64,000 nucleotides of DNA. Source: Porphyridium purpureum (Eukaryota). A model generated the notes under the pieces. The model did no database searches. It was not told the DNA's origin and saw nothing but the letters and a program-made list of their open reading frames with translations. Position 1 is the stretch's first letter. The number at the start of each line of letters is the position of its first letter. A program made the translations under genes and the position numbers. Positions 52,030 through 62,101 of the stretch are shown here, in pieces. Where the stretch lies: contig VRMN01000011.1 of NCBI GenBank assembly GCA_008690995.1, positions 1 through 64,000 on the forward strand, read 5' to 3'.

Positions 52030-54228
52030 ATGGCTGACATCAATGTGATCCTGCTCAAGTGGCGCGGGCTCATGGAAACCATGTACGGCGAACTAGAAGC
52101 TCTGTCCAAGGATGTGCAGGCACAGGGCCCGCGGAGAGATGACAACGTGCGCTCCATCGAGACCCAGTACACAAATTTGACCGTGCTCGAGCGCGTGCTC
52201 GCCGAACTCGTGCAAAACCATCAGCAGATGAAGCAAATCTACATTCGCGAAATCAACGTGCTCAAGCGCATGCTCATGCTGAATCGCGGGCCCTTGCCCG
52301 GTATTCCGCTCGCGTTCCAACAAAAAGTGCGTCAGAAGCAGCAGGTGCTGGCCGAGCAGCTTCGCCAGCAGCCTCTACGCTCCTACGCTCCGGCCTCAAT
52401 GTTGCCTGGTGGTATGCCGCAGCTACCAATATCCGATGCATCGGCTGCGGGCGGCAATGCGGCCATGCTCCAGGGAGGCATGCCGGGCGCCGGTCCCTCA
52501 GACGGCGTTGGTATCAGTGGCACGCGTGGGAACTTGAACGATTCAATACGAGGAGGACCCGGTTTCTTAGGGCCATCGGCTTTTGGGCCCAATGCTGCAT
52601 CACAGCTGCGCCCGTTAGGTGCCGCGGGAGGTATGGAGGGCCCGCACGGATTTCAAATGGGCGCGAACGAGAACCAAATGCAGCAGCCGGGCATGAAGAT
52701 GCCTTTGCAAGGTGTTGCGGGCACGTCTGGCCTGCTTTCATCGCAGCAACCACAGCAACAGGCACCGCCGCAACAGTCGCAGCAACAGCAACAACCACAA
52801 CAGCATCAACAGCAGGCACAATCGCAACCACACTCTCGTGGTACGTATGAAGATTCGTTTGACGGAAGTCGTTTTGGTGATTACAAGCGACCTCGCTATT
52901 CGAAACTTAGTCCCGATGTGAATATGTACACAACCACAACGGTGACTCCAGGGTTGGCAGGTGGGGCTGGGGGCGCTGGCGGTGTTGGTCAGCAGCAAGG
53001 CATGAACAACTTTCGAGCTGGCGCCGAGACAGAACCTGGCCTCGGTGGCCAAGTGAATACAAAAGGCAGCGGAGCCGGCGGAAGCGGTGGGCGTGGCGCG
53101 ATGGTTGAGGAACAGACGATCGCTGGGACGGGAGGGCAAGGACGCAGTGGCGGTCGGAAATCGATGGATCCGCAAGAGATCGACGCACAGCAGCAGCAAC
53201 TCCGCAACGACTACTCGGTTGTGTATGAAAATGGCGTAAACTCGTCGATGATCAGTGCCGACGCGCAGTTCAAACTGAGGCACAACAATGTGATTTGCTG
53301 CGTGCGATACAGCTGGGATGGCGCATACATCGCGACTGGGTCCAACTGGAATGCGCACCTGTTTGACGCAGCAGAGGGAAAGCTCGTGTGCACTTTCTCA
53401 GAGCGCGGCGACGCAAATACAAACAGCAACATCAATGCCGGGGACGTTGGTGGATCCGCCGGTGCGAACAAGCCAGACGCGTACGTGCGCACCATTTGCT
53501 TTACACCCGATACGAGGCATCTGGTGAGCGGTGGTAAGGATGGCATGATCAATGTATGGAACCTGGCCACGCAGCAGAGAAAAATGCAGCTGGTTGGTCA
53601 TGAAAGTGACATTTTTTCAGTTGACTGTAGCTCGGATGGCCGTATGATCGCGAGCGGGTCTGGGGATAAGCTTGTAAAGCTGTGGGACGCTAACAACGGC
53701 AAGTTGCTGCGCACACTTGGCGGGAATATGGACGGCTCTGCGGCAGGCGTAACCGGCGTGGTGATCAGCCCCGATGGCTCCAAAATTGCCGTGGGCTCAA
53801 TGGATATGAGCGTGCGGCTGTGGGATGTAGAGTCGGGTCGACTAATCCGACAAATGCAAGCACACAAGGACTGCGTCTATTCGGTGGCGTTCTCGCCGGA
53901 CGGCAAGTATCTGCTCTCTGGCTCGCTAGACCAGACGCTGAATCTGTGGGACATGTCCGGGGCAGGAATCGCACCACCGATGACGCTCTCTGGACACCGC
54001 GACTACGTACTTTCTGTCGGCTTTTCCAATAACGGTCGCTGGATTGTGTCCGGTTCAAAAGATATGACGGTGCAGTTTTGGGACATTCGAAGCGCGCGCG
54101 CGTGCATGGCGCTGCAGGGACATAACAACAGCGTCATCAGCATTAGTCACTCACCCACAACGAATCATCTTGCCACGGGAGGCGGTGACTTTATAACGCG
54201 CACGTGGCGCATCAACTATGGTATGTAG
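52030..54228 (+). CDS. TUP1: Tup1-like WD40 transcriptional corepressor; start uncertain
   Basis: N-terminal coiled coil (HQQMKQIYIREI), Q/G-rich linker, HNNVICCVRYSWDGAYIATGSN, YVRTICFTPD, 7 WD repeats, LQGHNNSVIS. Confidence 0.85.
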   Translation: MADINVILLKWRGLMETMYGELEALSKDVQAQGPRRDDNVRSIETQYTNLTVLERVLAELVQNHQQMKQIYIREINVLKRMLMLNRGPLPGIPLAFQQKVRQKQQVLAEQLRQQPLRSYAPASMLPGGMPQLPISDASAAGGNAAMLQGGMPGAGPSDGVGISGTRGNLNDSIRGGPGFLGPSAFGPNAASQLRPLGAAGGMEGPHGFQMGANENQMQQPGMKMPLQGVAGTSGLLSSQQPQQQAPPQQSQQQQQPQQHQQQAQSQPHSRGTYEDSFDGSRFGDYKRPRYSKLSPDVNMYTTTTVTPGLAGGAGGAGGVGQQQGMNNFRAGAETEPGLGGQVNTKGSGAGGSGGRGAMVEEQTIAGTGGQGRSGGRKSMDPQEIDAQQQQLRNDYSVVYENGVNSSMISADAQFKLRHNNVICCVRYSWDGAYIATGSNWNAHLFDAAEGKLVCTFSERGDANTNSNINAGDVGGSAGANKPDAYVRTICFTPDTRHLVSGGKDGMINVWNLATQQRKMQLVGHESDIFSVDCSSDGRMIASGSGDKLVKLWDANNGKLLRTLGGNMDGSAAGVTGVVISPDGSKIAVGSMDMSVRLWDVESGRLIRQMQAHKDCVYSVAFSPDGKYLLSGSLDQTLNLWDMSGAGIAPPMTLSGHRDYVLSVGFSNNGRWIVSGSKDMTVQFWDIRSARACMALQGHNNSVISISHSPTTNHLATGGGDFITRTWRINYGM

Positions 54229-54348
54229 TAGATTGAGATGTTGCTGGAACAAAAAGAAACGGAAAGGCTGAAAAATCGGAGAAGAAAGAAAGAAACGAAA
54301 CAGGAAGGGAAGATCGCTGTCGCGTCTGTTTGCACTCCGTCTTCTGTG

Positions 54349-55359
54349 TCATTGCGCGACAATGGCAGAAAGAGCCTCGGCAAGGTGGCGCGCTCGTCTC
54401 TGCTCAGCCATGTCGCGCGGCGTACGACCCAGGCAGTCGCGCACATTAAGCATCCACATCAGAACAAAGTCTGCGTCATCGTACTCGCGCAAGAGATCTA
54501 AAACACTTTGGACGAGCTCCAATGGACCTGTGATGACAGCATGGTGCAAAAGCGACTGTCCCGCATCGTCCACACCCTGCAACAGGCTCAAGCGCTGATG
54601 CTTTGATGCACACAGCTCGAGGAGCGACCGCGCTGTATTTGGATGGCCGCCGGCTATGGCGTCAATCAGAACAGTGTTCCCCCCTTTGTCACGAACCATG
54701 ATATCCAAAAGCTCCCCTTCACCGCATGCTACGAAGAGTTGTTTCACCACTTCGTCACGCCCGCAGAACGCCGCCCGGCCCAGCGCAGTCTTGCCTTGAT
54801 TTGATGGCGCATTCACTAGTTCTGCCCTGGACGCAACCGAAAGTCCGTAAAAGAGAGCATCCAGCGCGCCAACTTGCCCTTCCCGGGCGGCCAAGGCCAC
54901 TGCATTCGATCCTTCACGGTTCACGAGGTGAATATTTGCGCCTTGCGGCTTGTGATCCAACAGGAGGCGCACCACCTGCACGTGCCCATGGCAGGCCGCG
55001 ATCATCAGACTGGTCCAATCGCCTCGCTTCCTCGCGTCCACACGACTTCCATGCTCAAGCAGCCAGCTGCATACGAGCATGTGCCCCGCTGCAGCCGCGA
55101 GGTACAACGGGGTGCGCAGATGCTCATCACGACAATCTAAGTCCAGGTCTGTATCGAAACGGACAGCGGTACTGCGCCGCCCACCTCCCGCACAGTATTG
55201 GACCACCGAGAGATGCCCGTGCGCTGCTGCTTCGTGCAACATCTCGCGGCGAAGCGGGACTGGAAGTGAAACGGCGCCTGTAGCTTCTGAAGCCAGCCGT
55301 TCCAGATCACCCTCACGAGCCGCCTTGAGCAGCGCGCGCCGTTGAGCGGTGTTGAGCAT
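54349..55359 (-). CDS. Ankyrin-repeat protein (ANKRD16-like)
   Basis: LHEAAAHGH, RTPLYLAAAAGH, RGDWTSLMIAACHGH, NREGSNAVALAAREG, GRTPRDMA; ATG 55359. Confidence 0.85.
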   Translation of the reverse strand: MLNTAQRRALLKAAREGDLERLASEATGAVSLPVPLRREMLHEAAAHGHLSVVQYCAGGGRRSTAVRFDTDLDLDCRDEHLRTPLYLAAAAGHMLVCSWLLEHGSRVDARKRGDWTSLMIAACHGHVQVVRLLLDHKPQGANIHLVNREGSNAVALAAREGQVGALDALFYGLSVASRAELVNAPSNQGKTALGRAAFCGRDEVVKQLFVACGEGELLDIMVRDKGGNTVLIDAIAGGHPNTARSLLELCASKHQRLSLLQGVDDAGQSLLHHAVITGPLELVQSVLDLLREYDDADFVLMWMLNVRDCLGRTPRDMAEQRRARHLAEALSAIVAQ

Positions 55360-56323
55360 GTCGCCGCAAGCGTGCTTCGTAGGCGCTCGGAGCTTCTCTC
55401 CCCGAGCGCGAGACGTCCAGCGCCACCAACATGTGGCACCTTTGAATGTGCAGGTGGGTCGGCGAGCCGGGAAGAGGAAAGTGTGCGTGGCAAGTGAGTA
55501 TGAAATGGAGTGGATGCGCGTGCTAGCCCAAGGATGGATGACGCCGTCTCGCTTTCCCAGAGAGCCAGACATGGCACAATTTGTCAGAACGGGTCGCCTC
55601 GGTGATAAGGGTCTTGGCACATTGTGCGGTGTGCCTCCTGTGTTGTGCTTGTCGGACGATGACTCGCGAATGGATAATCGATCTCTGGCGAGAGATCGAG
55701 CGCTGCTTTTATACGCACCACAGGACCATGACAAGGAAATACCCTTGGCACTGCTCCTTGCGCCAAGCGCTTACCCTGACGACAGGAGAAAGCACCTGCT
55801 CCAGGCATTTGGCAATCTTGATCTTCCGGGGGTTGCTTATGCGCAGTATGTGAGGGACAGGCAAATCGCATGGCTAGTAGGTGGTGAGTTTGTCCCGCTT
55901 GCTCACATGTGTGAGGACATAGAGACGGACCCAAGTGCAGGACACGATATCATTCAGACGCGTGAGCAACTGCGCAACGTGCTGGTTCAGAATGAAGCAG
56001 ATTCGATAGCTGTCCTCGAAACAAATGCATTGCTGGACGATGATTCGGATTTTCTGCTGGGATCCAGGATCCATATGCTAAGGCAAAATGGATTCCAGGC
56101 GCCGCTGGCGGTCGTGCTGATTCCAAAAGCGGCCACCTCGGCCAGTGCGCCTCATTGGAGGGACCGCCTGAGACATGCGCAGCAGCATCAATGGAGCTCG
56201 ATTTCCCCAGTTCCTCATATCGTACTGCTTCCTGGCCCCGCGCGATACGCACTTGACTTTGTGTCGCTGTTGCCGGACTCGCCCTCGAACTGCATTGCAC
56301 GTGCGATAAAGCTGAAACCTTGA
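55358..56323 (+). CDS. Hypothetical protein, possibly plastid-targeted
   Basis: 321-aa ORF; MSPQACFVG...RKVCVAS resembles a transit peptide; no family recognised. Confidence 0.55.
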   Translation: MSPQACFVGARSFSPRARDVQRHQHVAPLNVQVGRRAGKRKVCVASEYEMEWMRVLAQGWMTPSRFPREPDMAQFVRTGRLGDKGLGTLCGVPPVLCLSDDDSRMDNRSLARDRALLLYAPQDHDKEIPLALLLAPSAYPDDRRKHLLQAFGNLDLPGVAYAQYVRDRQIAWLVGGEFVPLAHMCEDIETDPSAGHDIIQTREQLRNVLVQNEADSIAVLETNALLDDDSDFLLGSRIHMLRQNGFQAPLAVVLIPKAATSASAPHWRDRLRHAQQHQWSSISPVPHIVLLPGPARYALDFVSLLPDSPSNCIARAIKLKP

Positions 56324-56365
56324 AAATCATGCGCACGCATGCGCATGGGTTCGATGCTTGTGCGT

Positions 56366-57421
56366 CTACTTCTCGTCAGGCACACAGCCACGAGCTGTTA
56401 GCCAATTGAGCGCCAGCGTACAATCTTTTTGCTTCTCCTTCTTCTCCGCATACATGGTAGAGTAAAAGATACGCAACGGGTCGTCCTCGTCGGGCGTCTG
56501 GTACCTTTGTCCTTCGACCTCAAATTTCCGCACTTTACCCGATTTTTTCCTGTCCTGCGAATCCTGAGTGCCATTCCCGCTCTCCCACGTCGACACCAGC
56601 CGCGATTCGGCCTTGGCTTCCTTTTTCACTTTGGGTGGCAAGCGAGGTTCCGGATTGATTGAGACATCCCATCGTTCTTTTGCCACCACCGAGTTCTTCT
56701 CCACAGCCTTGCCAGGCTTCTGTGTCTTTCGAACCGTTTTCTGTAACCGGCTCAACGGAACATCTGAATCCGAATCCGACTTGAGCTTCGCACGCGCAAT
56801 GGTGTCGGTCCTTTGCATCTTTTTCTCAGGCCTCTTCTTCCGACTCAGCGGCACATCCGAATCAAAATCTGAGTCCGATTCGGCGACTGCGTCGACTCTT
56901 GCGTCCTTCGCCAGCGAGTCTGAGGCGCTGGTAGCCAGTTTTGCCAGCGCAACATTCGTCGTCGAAGCGGCCGTTGTTTTGCCGTTTTTCAACTTCTGTG
57001 CTCTGGCCGGAGCACCATTTTCGCCCTGACCACGAACAAGCGATGGTTTTGGCAGACGTGCCTTGAGAGGCTTATCGTCATCTGAGGAATCTGAAGCGCC
57101 GGTGAGGAGACCATGCGCAGCCTGTACCACTGCGCCCGATGCCTGCGCGCGCGACATTCGACGCGAATCAGTATTTTCCATCGCTCCATCTCTTGCACGA
57201 TGCGAACTTTGATCTTCTGACGAACTTGACGCATCGTTCGGTGGCACTGGCACGCCTTGCACTTCTGCACCCTCCGTTCTCCTCGCCGACGTCTCATCTC
57301 GACCGTTCTTCACGCCGTTCGGACTCGATGCCGCATTTGCAACCCGGCCAGAACCACCATCCACCGCCCGCTTTTTCGCAGCGCGGCGGTTCATCAATAT
57401 CTCATCATCGCTGGAATCCAT
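56366..57421 (-). CDS. Low-complexity protein with SDSD.PL repeats and a conserved C-terminal domain
   Basis: SDDDKPL, DSDVPLS repeats; GQRYQTPDEDDPLRIFYSTM...WL..RG recalls an uncharacterised eukaryotic family. Confidence 0.7.
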   Translation of the reverse strand: MDSSDDEILMNRRAAKKRAVDGGSGRVANAASSPNGVKNGRDETSARRTEGAEVQGVPVPPNDASSSSEDQSSHRARDGAMENTDSRRMSRAQASGAVVQAAHGLLTGASDSSDDDKPLKARLPKPSLVRGQGENGAPARAQKLKNGKTTAASTTNVALAKLATSASDSLAKDARVDAVAESDSDFDSDVPLSRKKRPEKKMQRTDTIARAKLKSDSDSDVPLSRLQKTVRKTQKPGKAVEKNSVVAKERWDVSINPEPRLPPKVKKEAKAESRLVSTWESGNGTQDSQDRKKSGKVRKFEVEGQRYQTPDEDDPLRIFYSTMYAEKKEKQKDCTLALNWLTARGCVPDEK

Positions 57422-57894
57422 CGTCTCAGCAGCTATCGCTATACAGCTCAAGATCTACCTCCTTCCGTCTCTCACACTCTCTCTCTCTCTCTGCCTCTCT
57501 CTCCCTCTCATGGGCTTCGTCGAACGCAGCCAAAAAACATTCACGCGCGGCAGTTAAAGAAGAGATTAAATAACTCGGTTTTTTTTATTCACCAGTCGGG
57601 TTCAGTCACGGCTGATGGAAGTACAGTGAGATCGAACTAAGGTTCTGTGGTTTTCTAGACTGTGTACTGTACCTCCTTGAGATGCGTTGCGAGCTGCTGC
57701 CGCTGCGTGCCGGCCCGCGCGGGACAAAACACGGTTTTACTAGTAGACTGATAGTGTTTTAATAGGAATTGTGGAAAATGGTTGGCTGGAGAAGACCAAA
57801 CGTGCGAAGGTGGTCGTGGGTTAAGGGAAGGGGGAGAGAAGGAGAGAGCGTGCGGGGGTGCGTTGGACTCGGGCTAAAGCTTGGCGTGTTCATC

Positions 57895-58320
57895 ATGGCG
57901 TTTCTTTGTGGTTTCGCGCCGGCCGTGAACGGAAGAAAGGTATCGGCGTCGTCGTGCCGCGCGTTGGCCATGGCGAATGGGAACAATGTTCTGGCGAGGC
58001 AAGGTCGTGGCGCGCCGCTCATGCCAGGCTCGGAGAAGAAGATCCAGGACCAGAAGGCGGGAGGCGTGAAGGGCGGGATCGAGACGCAGGCCGCGCCAAG
58101 TTACATGGCAAAGGTTCCGTCGAAGCCGGCCACGGGTGACTTGAGGTTTGAATATCAGGAAAGCCCAGGCCCTAACTTTCTGAGCTCGCAGGGAAACCTG
58201 AACGATATTCTCAGCAAGGTGCCGAAGAAACCATACGGCGCGGCTGCGTACCAGAAGCACGCGTATAGGCCACAGCCATCCAGGCAGGCAGGCTTTGATA
58301 ATTCAGCGTACAGTGGATAA
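57895..58320 (+). CDS. Small plastid-targeted protein of unknown function
   Basis: MAFLCGFAP...CRALAM classic red-algal-type transit peptide; 141 aa; internal repeat KVPSKP / KVPKKP. Confidence 0.7.
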   Translation: MAFLCGFAPAVNGRKVSASSCRALAMANGNNVLARQGRGAPLMPGSEKKIQDQKAGGVKGGIETQAAPSYMAKVPSKPATGDLRFEYQESPGPNFLSSQGNLNDILSKVPKKPYGAAAYQKHAYRPQPSRQAGFDNSAYSG

Positions 58321-58945
58321 AAAAGAAAATTCCTTGTGTGTGCGCGCGTGTTCGGAGTCCATTGGTTTGAAAAACAGCGGCAAGCGCCGCCGACTCGCCG
58401 CATAAGTCTGCTCCGGCATCCATAGTGTTCGTGCGAGAGTGACTTGTCTTTAGTGTAAATGCGACGGTTTTTGACTGGAAAATTCAGTTTATCGAGTTGG
58501 CAAGTAACGATGAGCCTTTTTTTCCCTCATCTCGTGACTTTGCCAAACGTTTCCCTGCGCGCTGTGAGGAAGCTTCCACAGTTTACGCTGCCTGTCTTTT
58601 TATCTCCACTTGTGATCATTATCGGGAACGGCCGACGCTCGAGATCGGGACCGGCAGCATTCGTACACGCCTAGCAAACTGAGCTCCGTGAAAACGTTGC
58701 CGTCTTCCAGTCCGTGTTTCATAGATTTCGTCGAGTTGGAATATTCAACGCACGCCAAATGATGCATATGAGCCGACGCCCATTCGACCCGCTCGGATTT
58801 TCAGGCACGCGACCTGCGCCTTCGAAAGGCTCCTGGATTCACAAATCGAACACTGGTTCCCGATAAGGGCACAATAAGCTGACGTCGACTGCTTGAACAA
58901 CACGCGCTGCATGATCTTGACATGCTTTATCAGTGCAATTCCATC

Positions 58946-60277
58946 CTACCTTCGAAAAACACTTCCGGGTGTGGCGTCGCGACTTTGGACGTACTGCATG
59001 GGGGAGCGATTGGAGTGCAAAAACCCAGACTTACTGGGCATGGGCGACTGCAAGGCGGAGGGCCTCGTCGGGCTCATCAGCCCAGATGGGCCCTGCGGCG
59101 ATGGAGATCCCAAACCACGCATCAAAGTCGGGCCCGATCCATAGTTGGGCGTGCCGTTGTACTGATGGGCCATGGGCTGCGGTGGTCGGAAGAAAAGCGC
59201 ACCCGCAAGCGCCATCATGACGGCACCGCAGATGAACGTGAAAAATATCGTCCAGCCTGTACTCCACGAGCTCGAGACACCCGATCCAGACGCCCCGCCA
59301 CTGCCACTGGACGAAGGGAATGCGGGCGCGATGATGTGGCTCTCTGCGCCTTGGGCAGCGTTGAACGAATCGTACACCTGCCTCACCTCACGCATCGCAG
59401 CGTCGCGCTCAACCAGGGCCTCATGAAGGCGTGCCTCAAGCGCCGCGGCGTGCTTCTGTACCGCACTCTGGTCCAGGCTCGAAAGCTTCAGGCCAGAGAT
59501 CTTTGACTTGAACTCGGCATCGACATCCTTGACAAAGGTCTCGAGCGAGGAAAAGGCCCCTACCAGCTCGTCATGCTCGCCGCTCAATTGTCCAATCATT
59601 GTGCGGAGCTTGGTCAGTAGCTCAAATCGGCTGTGGACAAGCGTCGCGACCTCATCGAACTGCGGATGCAGTTTCTGGTATATGCTCGATGCATTGAAGA
59701 GGGCGTGCGCGACCACCACCTTTTCGCGCTCCAGCTGGATCTCTCGCATGAGCTTGTCGCGCTCATCTGCCCATGCATCTTCCTTTTCCTCCAGCTCCTT
59801 CCGTACCTTGGCCGCGGCGCCTTTCTCTTTTTCCAGCTTGGCAATCACACGTTCGCGATCCTCCACCATTTCACGGCTTTCGATGAGCGCTGACTCAATT
59901 TCGCGCTGCTTGATTCGGACGGTCTCGACGGCGTCGCCACACTTGTCGCGACTGAGCATATCGACCATGCTCCAGGCCTCGTGCAGCATCTCATGGATCT
60001 CTGTCTTGGCGCGGCTCGCATCAACAGACACGACCTCCAAGTTTGACACGAGCTCCCTCACGCGGCCTTCGGCGTGCTCCAACTTTGTCCGCAGCTGCAT
60101 CGCCTCCTTCTCATTCGACACGACCTTGCTTCCTGTGGAGGAGCGCGTCGTGGTCGCGGTATACTCATACTCCGCCTGCCTTGCCGCAGACACCGCCACT
60201 GACACCACAAGCATCCATCCAAGAACACATCCAGCGCGCCATGACGGCCGCGCGCCAGCTGCAGTCCTCACCATCAT
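58946..60277 (-). CDS. Type I membrane protein with a long luminal coiled coil
   Basis: Signal peptide, about 280-aa heptad region, one TM helix (WTIFFTFICGAVMMALAGALFF), SP/TP-rich tail. Confidence 0.75.
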   Translation of the reverse strand: MMVRTAAGARPSWRAGCVLGWMLVVSVAVSAARQAEYEYTATTTRSSTGSKVVSNEKEAMQLRTKLEHAEGRVRELVSNLEVVSVDASRAKTEIHEMLHEAWSMVDMLSRDKCGDAVETVRIKQREIESALIESREMVEDRERVIAKLEKEKGAAAKVRKELEEKEDAWADERDKLMREIQLEREKVVVAHALFNASSIYQKLHPQFDEVATLVHSRFELLTKLRTMIGQLSGEHDELVGAFSSLETFVKDVDAEFKSKISGLKLSSLDQSAVQKHAAALEARLHEALVERDAAMREVRQVYDSFNAAQGAESHIIAPAFPSSSGSGGASGSGVSSSWSTGWTIFFTFICGAVMMALAGALFFRPPQPMAHQYNGTPNYGSGPTLMRGLGSPSPQGPSGLMSPTRPSALQSPMPSKSGFLHSNRSPMQYVQSRDATPGSVFRR

Positions 60278-60532
60278 GCCTTCCGTCCGATCTTTTCGCC
60301 CTCGCCGTGCTTCTTTCCCTCGTTTACCTTCCGCTTGGCGCTTCGCGTTTCTCATTCCTGAAATAATTTACGCGCGCGTGAAAACTTGAACTCGTGTCGG
60401 CGTCCCGGTTTTCATAGTAAAACATACTCAGTTTGTGATATTCCGCAGGGGAAAAGGTGGCGGCGGGCACAAGAGATCGAGAAGGTGAGGGGTTGTGTTA
60501 GGGGAGAGAGCAACGACTTGCGTTCTTGTCGG

Positions 60533-61903
60533 ATGGCGTCCGAGTCTGGAGGCACCGCCAGGCCAAGTGGGAGCCGCGCTCCCCAAGACTTGGCCTTCCG
60601 GTGCAACCATGTGTCGCAGTTCAAGGCTGAAAGTATTGGTTTGTCGGCCGGTTTCATGTTGACGAATTTCAGCAAGCTGAAAGGATGAGCCTGCAAACTG
60701 CCACAGGAGGAGCTGGACAACCTGCTGCGCGAAAATGAAGTGGGGCAGGTTGCTTCAGCAACGCATGGGCTGCTGATGGATTGCTCGGAGGTTGAGCTGT
60801 CCGTCGGGCAGCCCAGCGTGGGTGGGACCCCAAGTGCCGTCGAGACACCGGAGGAACGACAGCAAGAGGATATTGGAGCGATAACGAGCGCGGCATCGCG
60901 AAGCGGTACAGATACTTGGAAACTTGTCAGCACGCACGATTTCTTCTTCCCTCTGTTGGACGATCCGTACGTCATGGGCAAGATTGGGGCGGCGAACGTG
61001 CTGTCTGACTTGTATGCCCACGGCGCGACAGAGCCAGATACAGTGCTCATGACACTTGCGTTGAGCTCAGACATGAGCAAATCAGATCAACGAATTGTGG
61101 CCGCGGAGATGGTGCGCGGGTTTCGCGATACGGTGCGAGAAGGAGGTTGTGAAGTCACAGGCGGCCAGACGGTGGTGAACCCGTGGCCGATCATTGGCGG
61201 AACGGCCATCAGTGTAGTGCCCGCGAGCCGATTGCCACCACTTACGAGCGCGCAGCCGGGTGATGTGCTGGTGCTGACAAAACCGCTCGGAACGCAGGTC
61301 GCAGTGAATTTGTTTCAGTGGTATTCACTCACGCAGTCTTCCGCCAGCAAAAGCGTGGAGGAGTGGTCAGCGGCAGAAACGCAAGCTCATTTGACCTGGC
61401 AGAGTGTTGCGGTGGAACGATGCGGCCTGAGCGGGAATGACGCAGAGCGCGCCATGGACCATGCTGCTCGGTCGATGACTTTGATCAACCGCGAAGCATC
61501 TACGCTCATGCGCGTCCACGGTTCGCGCGCATCGACAGACGTGACTGGCTTTGGAATCCTTGGCCATGCTCAGAGACTCGCGCAAAATCAGAAGCAGAAT
61601 GTTGTTTTTGAAATCAACTGTTTGCCGGTATTGCGCCAGATGATGCTCGTGAACGACGCCATGAACGCGGGACGCACCTTCAAGCTACGTCACGGTCTTT
61701 CCGCCGAAACCAGCGGTGGTCTACTGATCTGCTTTCCGCGAGCTCTCGCGGATTCTTTTCTCACGGCATACCGCGCGGCCATTGGCCTGGACCTCGGCTG
61801 GATTGTCGGCACAGTGCGAGCGTGCGACGACGACGAACGTGCCGGCGCCCTGGTTCTGGACACCGCCACCACTCTCGAATGTGACGTGCTATGTTCTGAC
61901 TAG
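60533..61903 (+). CDS. SEPHS2: Selenophosphate synthetase, Sec-containing (SPS2 type); in-frame TGA at 60686-60688 is codon 52
   Basis: LTNFSKLKG-U-ACKLPQEEL, MDCS, STHDFFFPLLDDPY.MGKIGAANVLSDLYA, TGGQTVVNPW, LTKPLGTQ, TDVTGFGILGHA, AETSGGLL; ORFs 60386-60688 and 60740-61903 share one frame. Confidence 0.93.
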
Positions 61904-62041
61904 CATTCGTGCTCATATTGCACCTGTAACATCCACCCAACCTGAGACGAAGCGAGTGTGACGTCTAACCACCCAACCATTCCTGTGGCAGTTTGCTGCG
62001 GACAGACCTACCAGCACACCAAGACCAACTCTGACCTGCTT

Positions 62042-62101
62042 GCTGAACTCTATGACGAGCGCGATCTGCAAAATTCGGGCTGTGTTTCGGTATTGATCAG
62101 C
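62042..62101 (+). promoter_or_regulatory. Weak candidate SECIS element in the SPS 3' region
   Basis: ATGA (62052) - N14 - AAAA - ... - GA (62095), closed by GCTGA/TCAGC; helix II is imperfect and GU-rich. Confidence 0.3.
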
